A stretch of DNA of 64,000 nucleotides. Source: Nymphaea colorata. Taxonomy: Eukaryota. This document shows, piece after piece, positions 46,224 to 58,800 of this stretch (position 1 is the first letter of the stretch; the number at the start of each line of letters is the position of its first letter). The position numbers were made by a program, and so were the translations under genes. Below the pieces are notes generated by a model. The model saw only the letters and a list, made by a program, of their open reading frames with translations, did not search any database and was not told the origin of the DNA. Location: contig NC_045138.2 in NCBI RefSeq assembly GCF_008831285.2, forward strand, positions 25,606,001-25,670,000, given 5' to 3'.

Positions 46224-48039
46224 TGGGTTGTTATATCCCCCCTTTTTTCAGAGATACTGATGAAAAAATAAGCCTACAAGTGAACTTTTTTGCATTTTGG
46301 TCGGAGTGAATTTTTTCCGTTTATCATTATTGGGAAGGCTGTGCCGTTATCGGCATATTTTTTGTCTCCTCTTTTGTTTTTTAAATAATTCCATCGAACT
46401 TATTCCGAAACCTCTTTTTGTGTCTTGCTCTTTGAATTCTTCAATCTTCTATAATGTTCTTGATGACATTCTCTTCCTTTCTTTTCTGAAGGGGATGATG
46501 ATATGTGAATGAAATGATTATAGGCTGTTGAATGTTTCTCTAGCTAAATTTCAGTTAAATAAATTGACTTAGCCGAGCATGAACGTGTGTTGTTTCGTCT
46601 ATATATGCTGTCTGCTTGGGGCAGTGACGCAGTTAAGTGAGGTGAAATTGATGGTTCGTCTTGTCAAAGGTACGGGGTTCCATGAATCCAGGAATGGTGA
46701 GAAGTCAAGCAGTTGTGTCTTTGTCTCCACGAAGACGCTCAGTTTTATATGTCCAACCCGAACGAAATTGACGAGTCCAGTCTCCTCGGCTGGTACCATG
46801 CAATCTCAAGTGGTTATCGCAACGGTCAAGCCTTGTTTAGCACGCATCTCTTCTTACTGTGTAACTGTGTGGGGTTAGCATTGCCAAAGATTGCCTAGCA
46901 ACCAGGTTGCTGAATGGTAAGGTTCCAATCTCTTTGTGTCTTGTAAAGTTGAGTTTTATTATTGTTGTTGAAGCTATAAAACTCTTCGGGTTTGGCAATA
47001 GTTATGTACTTATGTTTATCTGTTCTAAAAATTGAGACACCAGACATATTTATGTAATATTATAAAACAATAGTCCACTAATTTGCCTCTACAATCATGA
47101 AACATTAATAAACTGTTTCCCCTCTTAGGGTTCATGCGTTGAGGTTAAACTACTCTCGGGGGAATAACCGTTTGTCAAATGAAGATGGAGTTCCCATGTC
47201 CTAATTGTTAACAGACCTTGTTTAGGAAATAGAAAATGAAGACTTGATTGTCTGCATTTTAAGTATAATACCCGTTCAAAGAAAAGAATTGCTTTTGCGG
47301 CATTGACATGAATGTCCAAAATGAAAACTTCGAATAAACTGGTTTCCACGAGCTCAGCATGCGCTTCTTGCCTTGTCTTTGGGGAAATCGGAATTCGTTA
47401 TATGAAACTCAACAAAAAAACACTCACTGCAAGTTAAGAGTCTGTGAAAATGAAGAATGATCAGGTAGCCACCTCACTTTTGTTAGGACGGGGGACCCTT
47501 ATACAACAATATCGGAAAGTAAAAAAGTTTTAATCTAAACTTGCTTTGGTTTAATAATGCGAGAAATTCATGCCCAGCCTCTTGCGGCCTTGTAGCCATT
47601 TTATTTTGGGTGGGCGTGGTTTTCTACCGTCTATTAATACCGTCTATTAAAAGGCCGAAGCTTTCATCCAACCTTTGATTCCTTAATGGCATAAGGCTTG
47701 TTTTTGGTAGTTCGAGTACCGCTCAGTCAAACTTTCCAAAGTCTTCATGCAGCCTTTTATTTGTTTATGGTATAAGGTTTATTTTGTTTTTTTTTATGCC
47801 TGCCGCAACCGTTGCAACAAAAAACTGTCGTTTTATATTTTTATTTTAACTATAAAAAGTAAGCAAAGTAAAGAAATTGGTAATTTGGTGCTCTCGAATG
47901 CAGGTTAATTCATTTTTAGGTCTGGCACATAAATTCAGGTCCGTATTGAGCAATTACGAAAAGTAAGGCGCACTTATCAATAAAAATGGGTAACGTTCTG
48001 GACTCCAAGTGAAGATTACTCCGACAAGTTGGGCAAAAA

Positions 48040-48307
48040 CCGGTCGGTGGACGTCCTTATTTGCGGGGGCTCGCTGTACGAAACGGGGCGGACGCGAGGG
48101 GAAGGAATGCGATCCGGTTAACTCGATGCGTGGGATACGCGTCTACGGCGAAAGAACGCGGGAAGCTTCGTCTAGGGTTTCCTCTCTTCTCCGCTCCCTT
48201 CTTCCTTTCCCTCTTTTTTTTATATAGAAACTCATCCTCCTCCTTGTAGGGAAGAGGAGACTGATCCTCCACAGAGTGCATACCGAAGGAAGCCAGATCT
48301 CCTTGAG
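48040..48307 (+). promoter_or_regulatory. Promoter and leader exon of AAC copy 2
   Basis: Telo-box at 48173-48180, TATATA near 48221, blocks homologous to the copy 1 promoter, donor after 48307 and acceptor at 48722. Confidence 0.6.
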
Positions 48308-48740
48308 GTACTTTTTGCCTTCTCTTTGCTATGTTTTTTCCCCTCCATTTCTTTGTTTTTTCTTTTTCCTTTTGATCGATCGGTTCGATTTCGGCTTTCT
48401 GTAGCTCATGATCTTGGTTTTCTAGGAGGTTTCTTTCCTCATTCTTGCCTTTTTAAGTTGCTTCTCGTGTAAAACATCGGTTGTTTTTGTCTTTGTTTTT
48501 GTTTTCTCTTCGATCTCGATGAATACGCGTTTTATGTTGTTTTATTTGCGTTGATCTGTTGTTTGGACGGTGGATCTGGTGGTCTTGTTGCTTAGTGTTG
48601 GCAGGGCGTTGGGATTTGGGTTTATCGTTTGTTTTCTCGTCAATTTGTTTTACGAGACGCATCTGTTTGTTGTAAGAATTTATCTTTCTTGTAAGAAGTT
48701 ATAACGATGCATGTTCTTGCAGGTCTGCTGTGAAAAGAAA

Positions 48741-50290
48741 ATGGCTGAGCAGCAGCGGTATCCTTCTGTTGTTCAGAAATTGTCTGGGCAATCATACCTC
48801 TACTCGAGAATCTCTCCAAATTTACAGAACCGAAATGCCAGCATGCATCATATGTCTAACATGAGCCATGTTGCAGCTGTTTATAGTAACGGTGGCTTGC
48901 AGAATGCATTGCCTGCCTCTCCTATCTTTGTGCAGGCACCATCAGAGAAAGGGGTTGCTGGCTTCATGGTTGATTTTCTCATGGGTGGTGTCTCTGCTGC
49001 AGTTTCAAAGACAGCAGCTGCTCCAATTGAGCGTGTGAAGCTGTTGATTCAGAACCAGGATGAGATGATCAAAGCGGGTCGTCTTTCGGAGCCCTACAAG
49101 GGAATTGGAGATTGCTTCGGCCGTACAATCAAGGATGAGGGTATGATCGCACTGTGGAGAGGAAACACCGCCAATGTCATCCGTTACTTTCCTACCCAGG
49201 TACCTTCACATTTTCTGGTCTCATGAGTTGAGGACTTTGTTGCATTTTGTTTGTTCTCACCTTTTTAGTGGAGGGAACATGATCATCTCAAATTTGAAAA
49301 TTGAAATGGACCGTAAATGACTGAATATGTTGAAAAGCGTGGAATGCAGTGTTGCGACTTGTGAGACGTTTATTGTAACCAAATGACTGAATATGCTGAA
49401 AAGCCTTCGATTTATATCTCTTTGATTGTCTACCAAACGTCCACTTATGCTTGATTATATTTTTGTTTGGTTCGTTCATTTGCTAACTTGGGAACTCTTT
49501 TGGTTCGCCAGGCTCTGAACTTTGCTTTCAAGGATTACTTCAAGCGCCTTTTCAACTTCAAGAAGGACAGGGATGGGTACTGGAAATGGTTTGCTGGAAA
49601 CTTGGCATCTGGAGGAGCGGCTGGTGCCTCTTCCCTGCTCTTTGTGTACTCCTTGGATTACGCCCGTACACGTCTAGCAAACGATGCAAAGGCTGCGAAG
49701 AAGGGAGGAGAAAGACAATTCAACGGTCTTGTTGACGTGTACAGGAAAACCATCAAGTCGGATGGCATTGCTGGTCTTTACCGTGGGTTCAACATCTCTT
49801 GTGTTGGTATCATCGTGTACCGTGGCCTTTACTTTGGAATGTACGATTCCTTGAAGCCCGTGGTTCTGGTTGGACAGCTGCAGGTGGGTTTGCATAGTTC
49901 CATATATACAAGTTGACCGTCTTGTGGTCTGTATTCGATATTTCTATTATTGATGCTGGAGCTTTTTCTTTTTGTTTTTGACAATTGCAGGATAGCTTCC
50001 TTGCAAGCTTCCTCCTTGGTTGGGGAATCACAATTGGAGCTGGACTTGCATCCTACCCGATTGACACAGTTCGTAGAAGGATGATGATGACCTCTGGGGA
50101 GGCTGTGAAGTACAAGAGCTCCATGGATGCCTTCTCCCAAATCCTGAAGAACGAGGGAGCCAAGTCCCTGTTCAAGGGCGCGGGTGCCAACATTCTGCGC
50201 GCGGTGGCTGGTGCCGGTGTGCTCGCTGGCTACGACAAGCTGCAGGTAATCGTCTTGGGCAAGAAATACGGATCTGGAGGCGGGGGCTAA
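48741..50290 (+). CDS. AAC: Mitochondrial ADP/ATP carrier, copy 2. Exons 48741-49199, 49512-49883, 49991-50290, 376 aa.
   Basis: Same exon sizes as copy 1 (459/372/300). Five amino-acid differences counted by eye (F/Y, V/L, T/N, V/I, F/L). Confidence 0.97.
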
Positions 50291-52529
50291 TTGGTTTTCA
50301 TTTGAGACCCCTTCCCCCAGATGGTGATGAAAAAATAAAACCTAGAAGCGAAGGCCTTTTTTACGGTTTGGTCGACGCGAAAATTTTTATTGCATTGTTC
50401 GGAATCCTATGCATTTGTCGGTATAATTTTTGGACGCATCTCTTGTTTTGAATAACTTACCAAACTTGTTGAGGCCCTTTTTCCCGTGCCCGCTTTGTGG
50501 CTGGGAGACTATTTTCTCTTCACTTTGGTGCGAGGCTCTTGAATCTCTCTCTCGATTAACTTGTGCGGAAGGTGCATCGTTCTTTGCCCTCAATTGTGTC
50601 TTCATCGAAATCGAGCTTCCGTTTGCCCAGAATGATGTAATGAAGTTGAAAATGGTTTATTAGTGATAAAAGTTGAAAGCTGTTGCCTGAAAAAGTAGTG
50701 CTGCAAGTGGAGTTTTCGGGGAACATTTTCCTTATGCTCATGTGCCTACTGATCTTCGAATCTCTGAATTTTTTATAGCCACTGAGGGTGTCCTAGTCAG
50801 ATTGAATAATACTGAATCGAATAAGCTTGACAAATAAATCAAGCCCTTGCTATAATGACAATGTTAAATGTTGAAAAAAATGTTTTTCCAATGACAAAAT
50901 GGAGAACTAAAAAAGGAAAAGCGTCGTGCCTCAAATGACGACGCTTTTACCTACATATCAAGTACTATAGCTTGGCTGCCATTGGGATGACAGAGGAAGG
51001 GCTGGCTCAAAAGGTTCTGAGTTCTTGCAGCGCTTCCTCGTATATAAAATCTCAAGCCACGGTCGAGCTCTGTAGAGCTGGGAAGGGCTTGAACATGGGT
51101 AATAGTGATATCCATGGTTGCACTCGAGCGGGTCTCTTATCATGGTGACGCTGCTTTTGTATCGGAAGACCTTGCTCCACTAGAAAAAGGTTTTTCGCAA
51201 GTTTTACAGTAAGTCAACCACTTAAACCTGATGGTTCCTCATCATCGAAAAAGAGAGGAGGAAAAAAAATGTTGCACTTTTCCAGGCAGTGCATATATGC
51301 CGGATGGTATGCCAGTCAATGAAATTGTTTATACAGTTCGGAAGGGAGACAACAGTTGTGAAGGAAGCTCGCTAACATACTGGTACCATGTTAATCCCCA
51401 CTCTGTGCGCAAATTATGCATTTCTCTCCCATTTTTTGGGTTCCAAAAAGAAACCAACTGTAAGTAAAAAATATGGAAAAGGTAGGTCGGTGTGGATGAA
51501 ATATATGTACCCTTTTCTATTTCAATATTGTGTACTAGAGAGACAGGCTGTGTGAGGATTTGGGTTACATAAGATGGTGTTATTAGAGTACCCCAAAATT
51601 CCCAATATTGTCAGGAGTCTCATTGAGGTGAAATAAAATGGCAGCTCCCTGGTTGCAACTCCTAGATCAGCACATGACAAGGTCTTGCCAGGAAAGGACT
51701 GGATAATTCATCAAAACAGCGAGTTTGAGCAAGCGCATAAATTGTAAGCACGGACAATAATAGGATTTCTGATTTGTAATTTGTTCAGAATACTTGTTTT
51801 ATTGTTAAACATGTCATTAATGGGGGCAACCTATTTTCATCATGTTTAAGTATGCAAGCCTAAGTGAAGATCAGGACGAGAAGAGATCTATCTGTGTATA
51901 TTTGAACCTCCATTCAGAGGAACATTCAAGCGTTGAGAAAAGAAGAAACACACCAGAATGTTTGTTATGCACATAATATATCTGTAAGACTAACATATTT
52001 ATCTGACGACCAACTGTTCAAATTGTTGAGAATTACTGTTTAAGTTAAATACAACAACATCTTTACGCTGACATGAATGGACCTTGAGTAGTTTAAGACT
52101 CAAGCCCAACCGCATGGGGTATCAGCAATACCAATCAAATTCTGAGGAGCTGTTTGCTTTGACACCAAAACCTTTTTTTTTTTAAGAAAAACCTGGTTTT
52201 ATGTCTGTTTTGTTGAAACAAAAACCAGGTTGTCCTACAAAACCGGGTTTCTTTATGGAGGAGGTGACAAGATGAACCGCCCTCACTGATAATGTGAATC
52301 CTCACCACAGCTTATGGGGATGAAACACTTCTTTGACGAGTTTCCTGCTGGAGGAGGCTGGTGGGAAATCGTCGGACTGGAGCCGCTTCGGCCAGGCGAC
52401 GTAGGCCACACCATTTTTGGGCGACCTCTCATAAAAAATGGCAAAAGATATATAATAAAACCAGTATTTTTCTTCACCTCAGACCACTTTCCAGGCCACC
52501 TAGGTGCCGGGAAATTGGCTGTCCAAGTT

Positions 52530-52867
52530 TACCTCAATCTGGTTGACACCCAGTTTCGCTTGAGGGGAAGTGATAATGATAATATGGTGAGCAGCACCAA
52601 CTGCCAAACTGAAGCATACGATGGAGCAGTTGGGAAATCAGTTTTACATGACACAGCAGTTACTAAATTCTGTAATTCCGATCATCAAACAAATAAGATC
52701 AATAATGCGGCAAACAACTGCCTCAACGTATAATTAAAATGCTCTCCACTCGCCCTCGTTAAGTGTCACGAGAGCAGAGTGGTTTTCTACCGTGGATGTA
52801 AGTTTCAAGTGAACTGAACCACGTAAACTGTGTGATCTCCTTGTGTTGGTTCTTTTCCTTTCTTACA
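52530..52867 (+). mobile_element. Truncated Copia: last codons of pol, PPT and an intact-looking 3' LTR (52571-52867)
   Basis: LNLVDTQFRLRGS resembles a Copia pol terminus. PPT gaggggaag lies immediately before TGATAA...TTACA. The LTR has a TATA-like tataatta (52729) and the gtggatgta...gaaccacgt motif also found in the LTRs of the 55821 element. Confidence 0.7.
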
Positions 52868-55820
52868 GTGAGGCAGTCCTAGCTAGGGTATGTTCGAGTC
52901 AGCGAGCAGCAGAGAATTGGCTGGAGATTGGTTGTACACTTTTTCTATTTTTTAAACGAAAACTCCATTAAGGAGGGCTGACAAACAGAGAAAAAACCAG
53001 GTTTTTGGCAAATCTGTTTACCAAAGATCTTGTTCAGGGAGAAACTTGGTTTCAATTGAAACCAAGTTTTGGCAGATTGTCATCCCAGCAGAGCACGAAG
53101 CTTCTGATCACACGCTAGCTCCCACGCAGAAAACTATTCCAAATAAAGTACAATACGTATGCTGGTTGCACGTAAGAAAACAGAAAAAACAAAAAATAGA
53201 AGCATTCTTTCGCAAGATACGAGCAATCCGATGAGATAAGGAATAAAAGAATAAGATATATACTGGGGGACATTCAACAAATGAAGAAGCCACTCATACC
53301 CAAGTCACAAATCCCGTGCCTACAAAAAGAAGGTCCCGCTTATCTGACAATGATACAAGTGCCTGTTTGCTACGTAGAAATGCATACAGGAAAAATTAGA
53401 ACATATTTTTAGCAGAAGTGTGGCCCAAAGATCACAAAGATACGAAACAAAAACCCAAGCGCCAGCATTCAGTCCCATCTTCCACAACCATAGACGCTTA
53501 AAAAAGCGACGGCGTAGGGTGAAATATTCAGGGCATTTTCTGACAGCAAAAAAAAATTGCAGCGGACAGCAGAAACGATGAACTTGTTCAAACAAATAGA
53601 CATAAGCGATCACACAAATAAAGAACGTCTTCGATCAACACAAGCTAAGCCAGCAAAAAAGGTCACTCAGAAAACCATTGCCATAGAAAGGAAAACTAGG
53701 CCTGCATTTGGATCAAAATCCAACTTGGAACAAGCATTATATAAAGTAGGTACTAACAACCGTAGCAGAAGCCAGTCTACGTATATTTTTTCATCACAAC
53801 GCACCCATATACTGAAGGAACATAAACAGGGCAATGGAATGTGCAATAGAGAAAAGAAGGCGTAAGGTGAAAAATCGAATTTTTAGTAACAAGGGAGCCA
53901 ACTGAGTATCTGGATTACGAGTGCTTGGCTGAGCAGATGATGAGCTTTTGGCACCGATGCTGTCCCAATATCAGCCATGGCTCTCACAGACACCTCGACG
54001 TTGCGCAGATGGAGGGGGACTGACTGCAGGCAGAGCTTATGGGGGATGTGTTTCTTGTGCAAAGAAGAGTGATCAAGTTGGCACCGGGAATTAACCTCTC
54101 GCCCGCCCGGAAGTTGCCATTGCCGATTGCTCATGTGCACTCCACTGACGCTTTCACTCCCAAAAGTATGGAGCCGCTGCAGCAACACCGCGGAAGCGGG
54201 TAGTCGGAGGGATGTTGGAGCAGGGTTGCGGCCGCCTGAGAACGACCGGAGGTTCAATGGTTATTCAAAATCCAAGTTTTGGATGTGCCACCCAAACAAA
54301 AAGACAGCTTTAAAACTTTTAGATGAGGTTGTCATCCAAACGCTTCCTAAAAATACTTTCAGAAGGTTCCCACTTCTAATAGTTAATTTTACAGCTGTCA
54401 GGAAATTGAAAACTAAGAAATAATAACAAGTGAACAAGTGATGTTTTTCTCCACTAAACAAGATCGACAAGATTAATGCAATTTACTCCATAGAAAATCC
54501 TCTGTAATCGTTTACCTCTGCTTCCGATAGACAAAAGCTTCTTCAGAGCGTTGGCATCAATATCTCAAGCATTTTACTTCTTTTTATCATTGAAAGTTGC
54601 CAACTGTTGCAGTTTCTTTGAAGTTCCTCATGCCTTTGTAAAGAAGAATTACATGCCATTTTGCAATGATTTCTCAGTCCCGTAGCTGGGATCCTTTCAT
54701 GTGATGTTCTTGTTTTCGCGAAGTGCAATGGGTTTCCGGGGCGTAAATGAGGTTTGATTGCTTGCCTCAGGAATTCAATCTCACAACTGAAATCGTTCAT
54801 ATCTTTGGTCCAGGACTTCTTGATCTGGTCATATCAGATCTCTCTATATTATATCAGGCTGCTACATGATTAAGTTAGCTTCATGAAAAAAAAAGTAGGA
54901 AACGAAAGCAGGCACTCGTTTCTTCTTTAGTTTACAAATGGCGAAGAACATTGATCAGGAAAGCAGACACCCAGCTCCTTTTCTTTTCATCATCACCTCT
55001 ACCTCAGACTAGCTCGCTCACTCCATCTTCTTTCTCTTGTTTGTTGTTCATTTTCTTCTAATTTCTGTTTCTGTATGTTTTTTTTATTGCTCTTATTTTC
55101 TTTGCTATGTTTCTTTTCCCGTTTTTCTTTTCACTCTTATTACTTGATGTTGGTGTCGCCTTGTCATTGTCTGTGCTTTTGTCTTAAATGAATTCTCATT
55201 TTGTCGGTTTTCTCTCTCTTTATAATACATTACTCACAGACTTCGTCACAAAATATCTTGTTGAAAATAACCAGTTATTTAAGTAGACATTCATCAAGAT
55301 AAGATTGATGGAGTAACTCCTCGGCCACATTCAACAACTTCTTATTTAAAAATATAACCAATATTCGAGTTTGGCTTAATGGACTTGATCAACTTTTGTT
55401 CAAAGACGGATAAGGGAATTGCTTTGCAAATGGACCACTATTTTATTGATATATAGATGAACTTGATTTCCTTATTCATGAAACGGTACTGATCTTTTGG
55501 CTTTATAGATTTGCTTTGAGTTCACTTGAACAAAAGAAACTTCAAGTTGCAGTTTCCTTGAGAAAGCAGAAAAAGGAAAAGGAAAAGGATGTTGGGCTTC
55601 CGCATGCTGAGAGCCGATCCCAGCAGGTGTATGACCACATTGAAATTTGACGTCGTCCAACTTTTTTTTTTTTTAACGAAAGTATTAATTCATCTAGCAA
55701 ATTAATTACCTGTAGCTCCAAAAAAAATTAAGAGTTAATCTGCCACGGGTTCTCACTGCCCAAATTTCCTAGAGGCGTTGTTAGAAATTCAGGATAGATT
55801 CTCCCAGGAAAGGATACTAC

Positions 55821-58800
55821 TGAAGAAAATAGAGGCGATATCAGTAAGGAAACTCTTGATCAAGAAAGAAAGGAAGAAAGAAAGGAGGAAAACAGAGGAA
55901 GTCAGCGTTACAATGCCAAAGAGGAAAACAGAGGAGTCAATGAAGAAACTCCAGCCAGCCGTGACAATGAAAACAGTAACGGCTGTAATCACTATAATGC
56001 CAACAAGGAAACACCAGCCCATCATGACGCTGGAGACAGTAACGATTGTAATCGTTACCATGGAAAGAAGGAAACATTGTCATCTGGCCAACCATGTGAA
56101 GAAAGAAATACAAAGACAATGGCTGCCAGGCAGCTGTCAAACAGAGAGACAACTCAACAAAGAAATAACGACTGTAAATCAGATACAGTTTCCTTCTGTA
56201 AAGATCGATATAGATCTTGTAATTCAGGAAATAATGATGCTTGTAATTCTATTATAAATAGAAGAAAGAACCAGGCCTATCGTCACTAAGAACGATAGCT
56301 GCCCTTGTGGATGTAGGTGTGATTTTACACCGAACCACGTTATATCAGGCGTTAGTCCCTTAAATCTCTGTTTTTCTTTATGGTATCAGAGCAGGACAAC
56401 CCTATGGCGCAGAGCAATTCTTCCTCAAGCATGGCATCAGCTCCAAGCAAATACCCTTACCCATACAATCTGAACGTTGCCAACTTTGTGTCGATCAAGC
56501 TCAATCAAGGTAATTTTCTGCTTTGGCAAACACAGATGCTGGGGCTCATCGAGAGCCAAGATATGACTGGTTTCCTAGACGGAGAATACCAGCCGCCCGC
56601 ACAGTTCCTCACTGCCTCTGCTGAAAGTACAGTCACAGGACTGAATCCCGACTATCTTGCTTGGCGAAAGTCGGATCGTCTTCTTAAAGGATGGATCACT
56701 GGGACTCTTGCGGAGGAAATCCTAGGCATTATCATCGGACAACAAACTGCCATGGAGGTATGGACCACTCTAACTCAGCATTTTGCTAATAAATCTAAGG
56801 AGCGAGAAATGTTTCTTATGCAAAAACTTCAAATGCATAAGAAAGGGAACTCGTCCATTGATGAATATATTCGCAGCTTCAAGAAAATTTCCGATGAACT
56901 CACTGCTATTGGAAAGCCTATTACAGACGAAACTAAAGTCTTTTGGCTCCTCACTGGCCTCAGAAAAGATTATGAATCTTTTCGAACAACCTTATTGACA
57001 ACCATGCTGAAACCACCAGCACCCTCATATCTTGAGGTAGTTGCTCTTCTTCAAAATCATGAAACTATGAGGACGTTAGAAGAAGATTCTTCTAGCACCC
57101 ACGTTGCTTTTTTCAGCCACCGTCAACCTAATCAGAGGTACAAGGGAAGCAAAGTGGTTCATGGAACTCAGTCAACAAAAACAAAGACGGCAATATGAAC
57201 CGATCAGCTCCAGAAAAAGGCATAATATGCCAAATATGCAGCAAAAGAAATCACACCGCTCTCAACTGCTGGGATAGGTTCAATCAAGTGTTTCAGTCAC
57301 AGAAGGCCCCACAAGCTTTAACCATCACGAAAGCATCTGAAAATCAAGATCAACAATGGTTTCCTGACACCGGTGCATCGGCTCATGTGACGTCTAACAC
57401 AGGTATACTCAGTTCTCTATCTAAATATTATGGGACAGATAAAATTATGGTTGGAAATGGAGAAAAATTGGATATTACTCATATAGGGCAGGCTACTATA
57501 GCTAATGGGCGACAAAAACTGGTTCTTGATAATGTTTTAGTCGTCCCCAAGATCAAGAAAAACCTTATCTCTGTCAGTCAGTTAACGTCCGATCTTCCTT
57601 ATGTTTTTGAATTTTCAACTAATGAATTTGCTGTGAAGGAAAAGATGACCAACAAAGTGATAATTACGGGAAAGAGGCATGAAGATCTTTATGCAGTTGA
57701 AAATAAGAGAGAAAGCAGCGACCGGATCCATGAAGTTCATTTCTCTACAAGATTTCAAGCAGCAACTAAAGAAGTTTGGCACCAACGTCTAGGTCACGTT
57801 CATAGTGAGGTAGTACATTTTCTTGCAAATAAAAAGGCCATTCGTGTGATAGGCCATAGTTCCTTAAACAGCATATGTTCTAGTTGTCAAATGGCAAAAA
57901 TGTGTCGTCTTCCTTTCTTACCAGTGGATGAGCATTGTGAAAAATTTATTGATAAAGTTCATTGTGATTTATGGGGACCAGCCCCTGTTATTTCAGTTGC
58001 TAAATTTCAATTCTATGCTGTTTTCATTGATGAAGCCACCCGGTTCACTTGGTTCTATCCCTTGCGTTACAAATCCGAGTTATATCAAGTGTTTACGATT
58101 TTCCATAAATATGTTGAAAATCAGTTTGATACAAAAATTAAGACATTTCAAACTGATGAAGGAGGTGAATTCAATAGTCTCAAACTTGCAGCGTATTTAC
58201 AAGAACATGGTATACATCATCACAAAGCTTGTCTTAAAACGCCACCCCAAAATGGAATGGCAGAACGGCATCACAGGACCATTATCGAACTCGGTTTGGC
58301 AATGAAGTTCAATGCTAATATACCAGCTCGATATTGGGTTGAAACCTTTTCCACTGCAGTTTGGCTTATTAATAGACTACCCACTCCTACATTGAAGATG
58401 AAATCTCCTTTTGAATTGGTTTTTGGAAAAAGTCCGTCTTACTCTTGCTTGCGGACATTTGGGACTAGATGTTTTCCATATCTCAGAGATTACGCTCTCA
58501 ACAAACTTGAACCAAGATCTTTACCTTGTGTATTTTTGGGTTATAGTAATACACATAAGGGATACAAGTGCTTATATCCACCTATAGGGAAAATATATAT
58601 TTCCCGACATGTTGTCTTTGATGAAAGTATCTTCCCTTATAAACAACCTGGAGCACTCTTTTCTTCTACATCAACCAGCAACAGTGGGGCGACTTACAGT
58701 GATTGGATTGCATTAGATCATTGTTCAGATGGTAACAATGATAATTCATATCAAGTGGTTGATCATCATCTCTTGCATGATGGTTTATAGACACTGCTTT

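Noticed and set aside
53883..54423. GC-richer segment with 98-124 aa ORFs
   Set aside because: No recognisable domain or exon structure
55789..56061. Hydrophobic antisense LTR ORF (also 60527-60793), considered as an env-like gene
   Set aside because: Expected from the T-rich antisense strand of an A-rich repeat. The two copies end in different flanking sequences and there is no independent support.
57150..57200. Programmed gag-pol frameshift
   Set aside because: The break falls before the Gag zinc knuckle and Copia elements of this type normally have a single ORF, so an indel lesion is more likely
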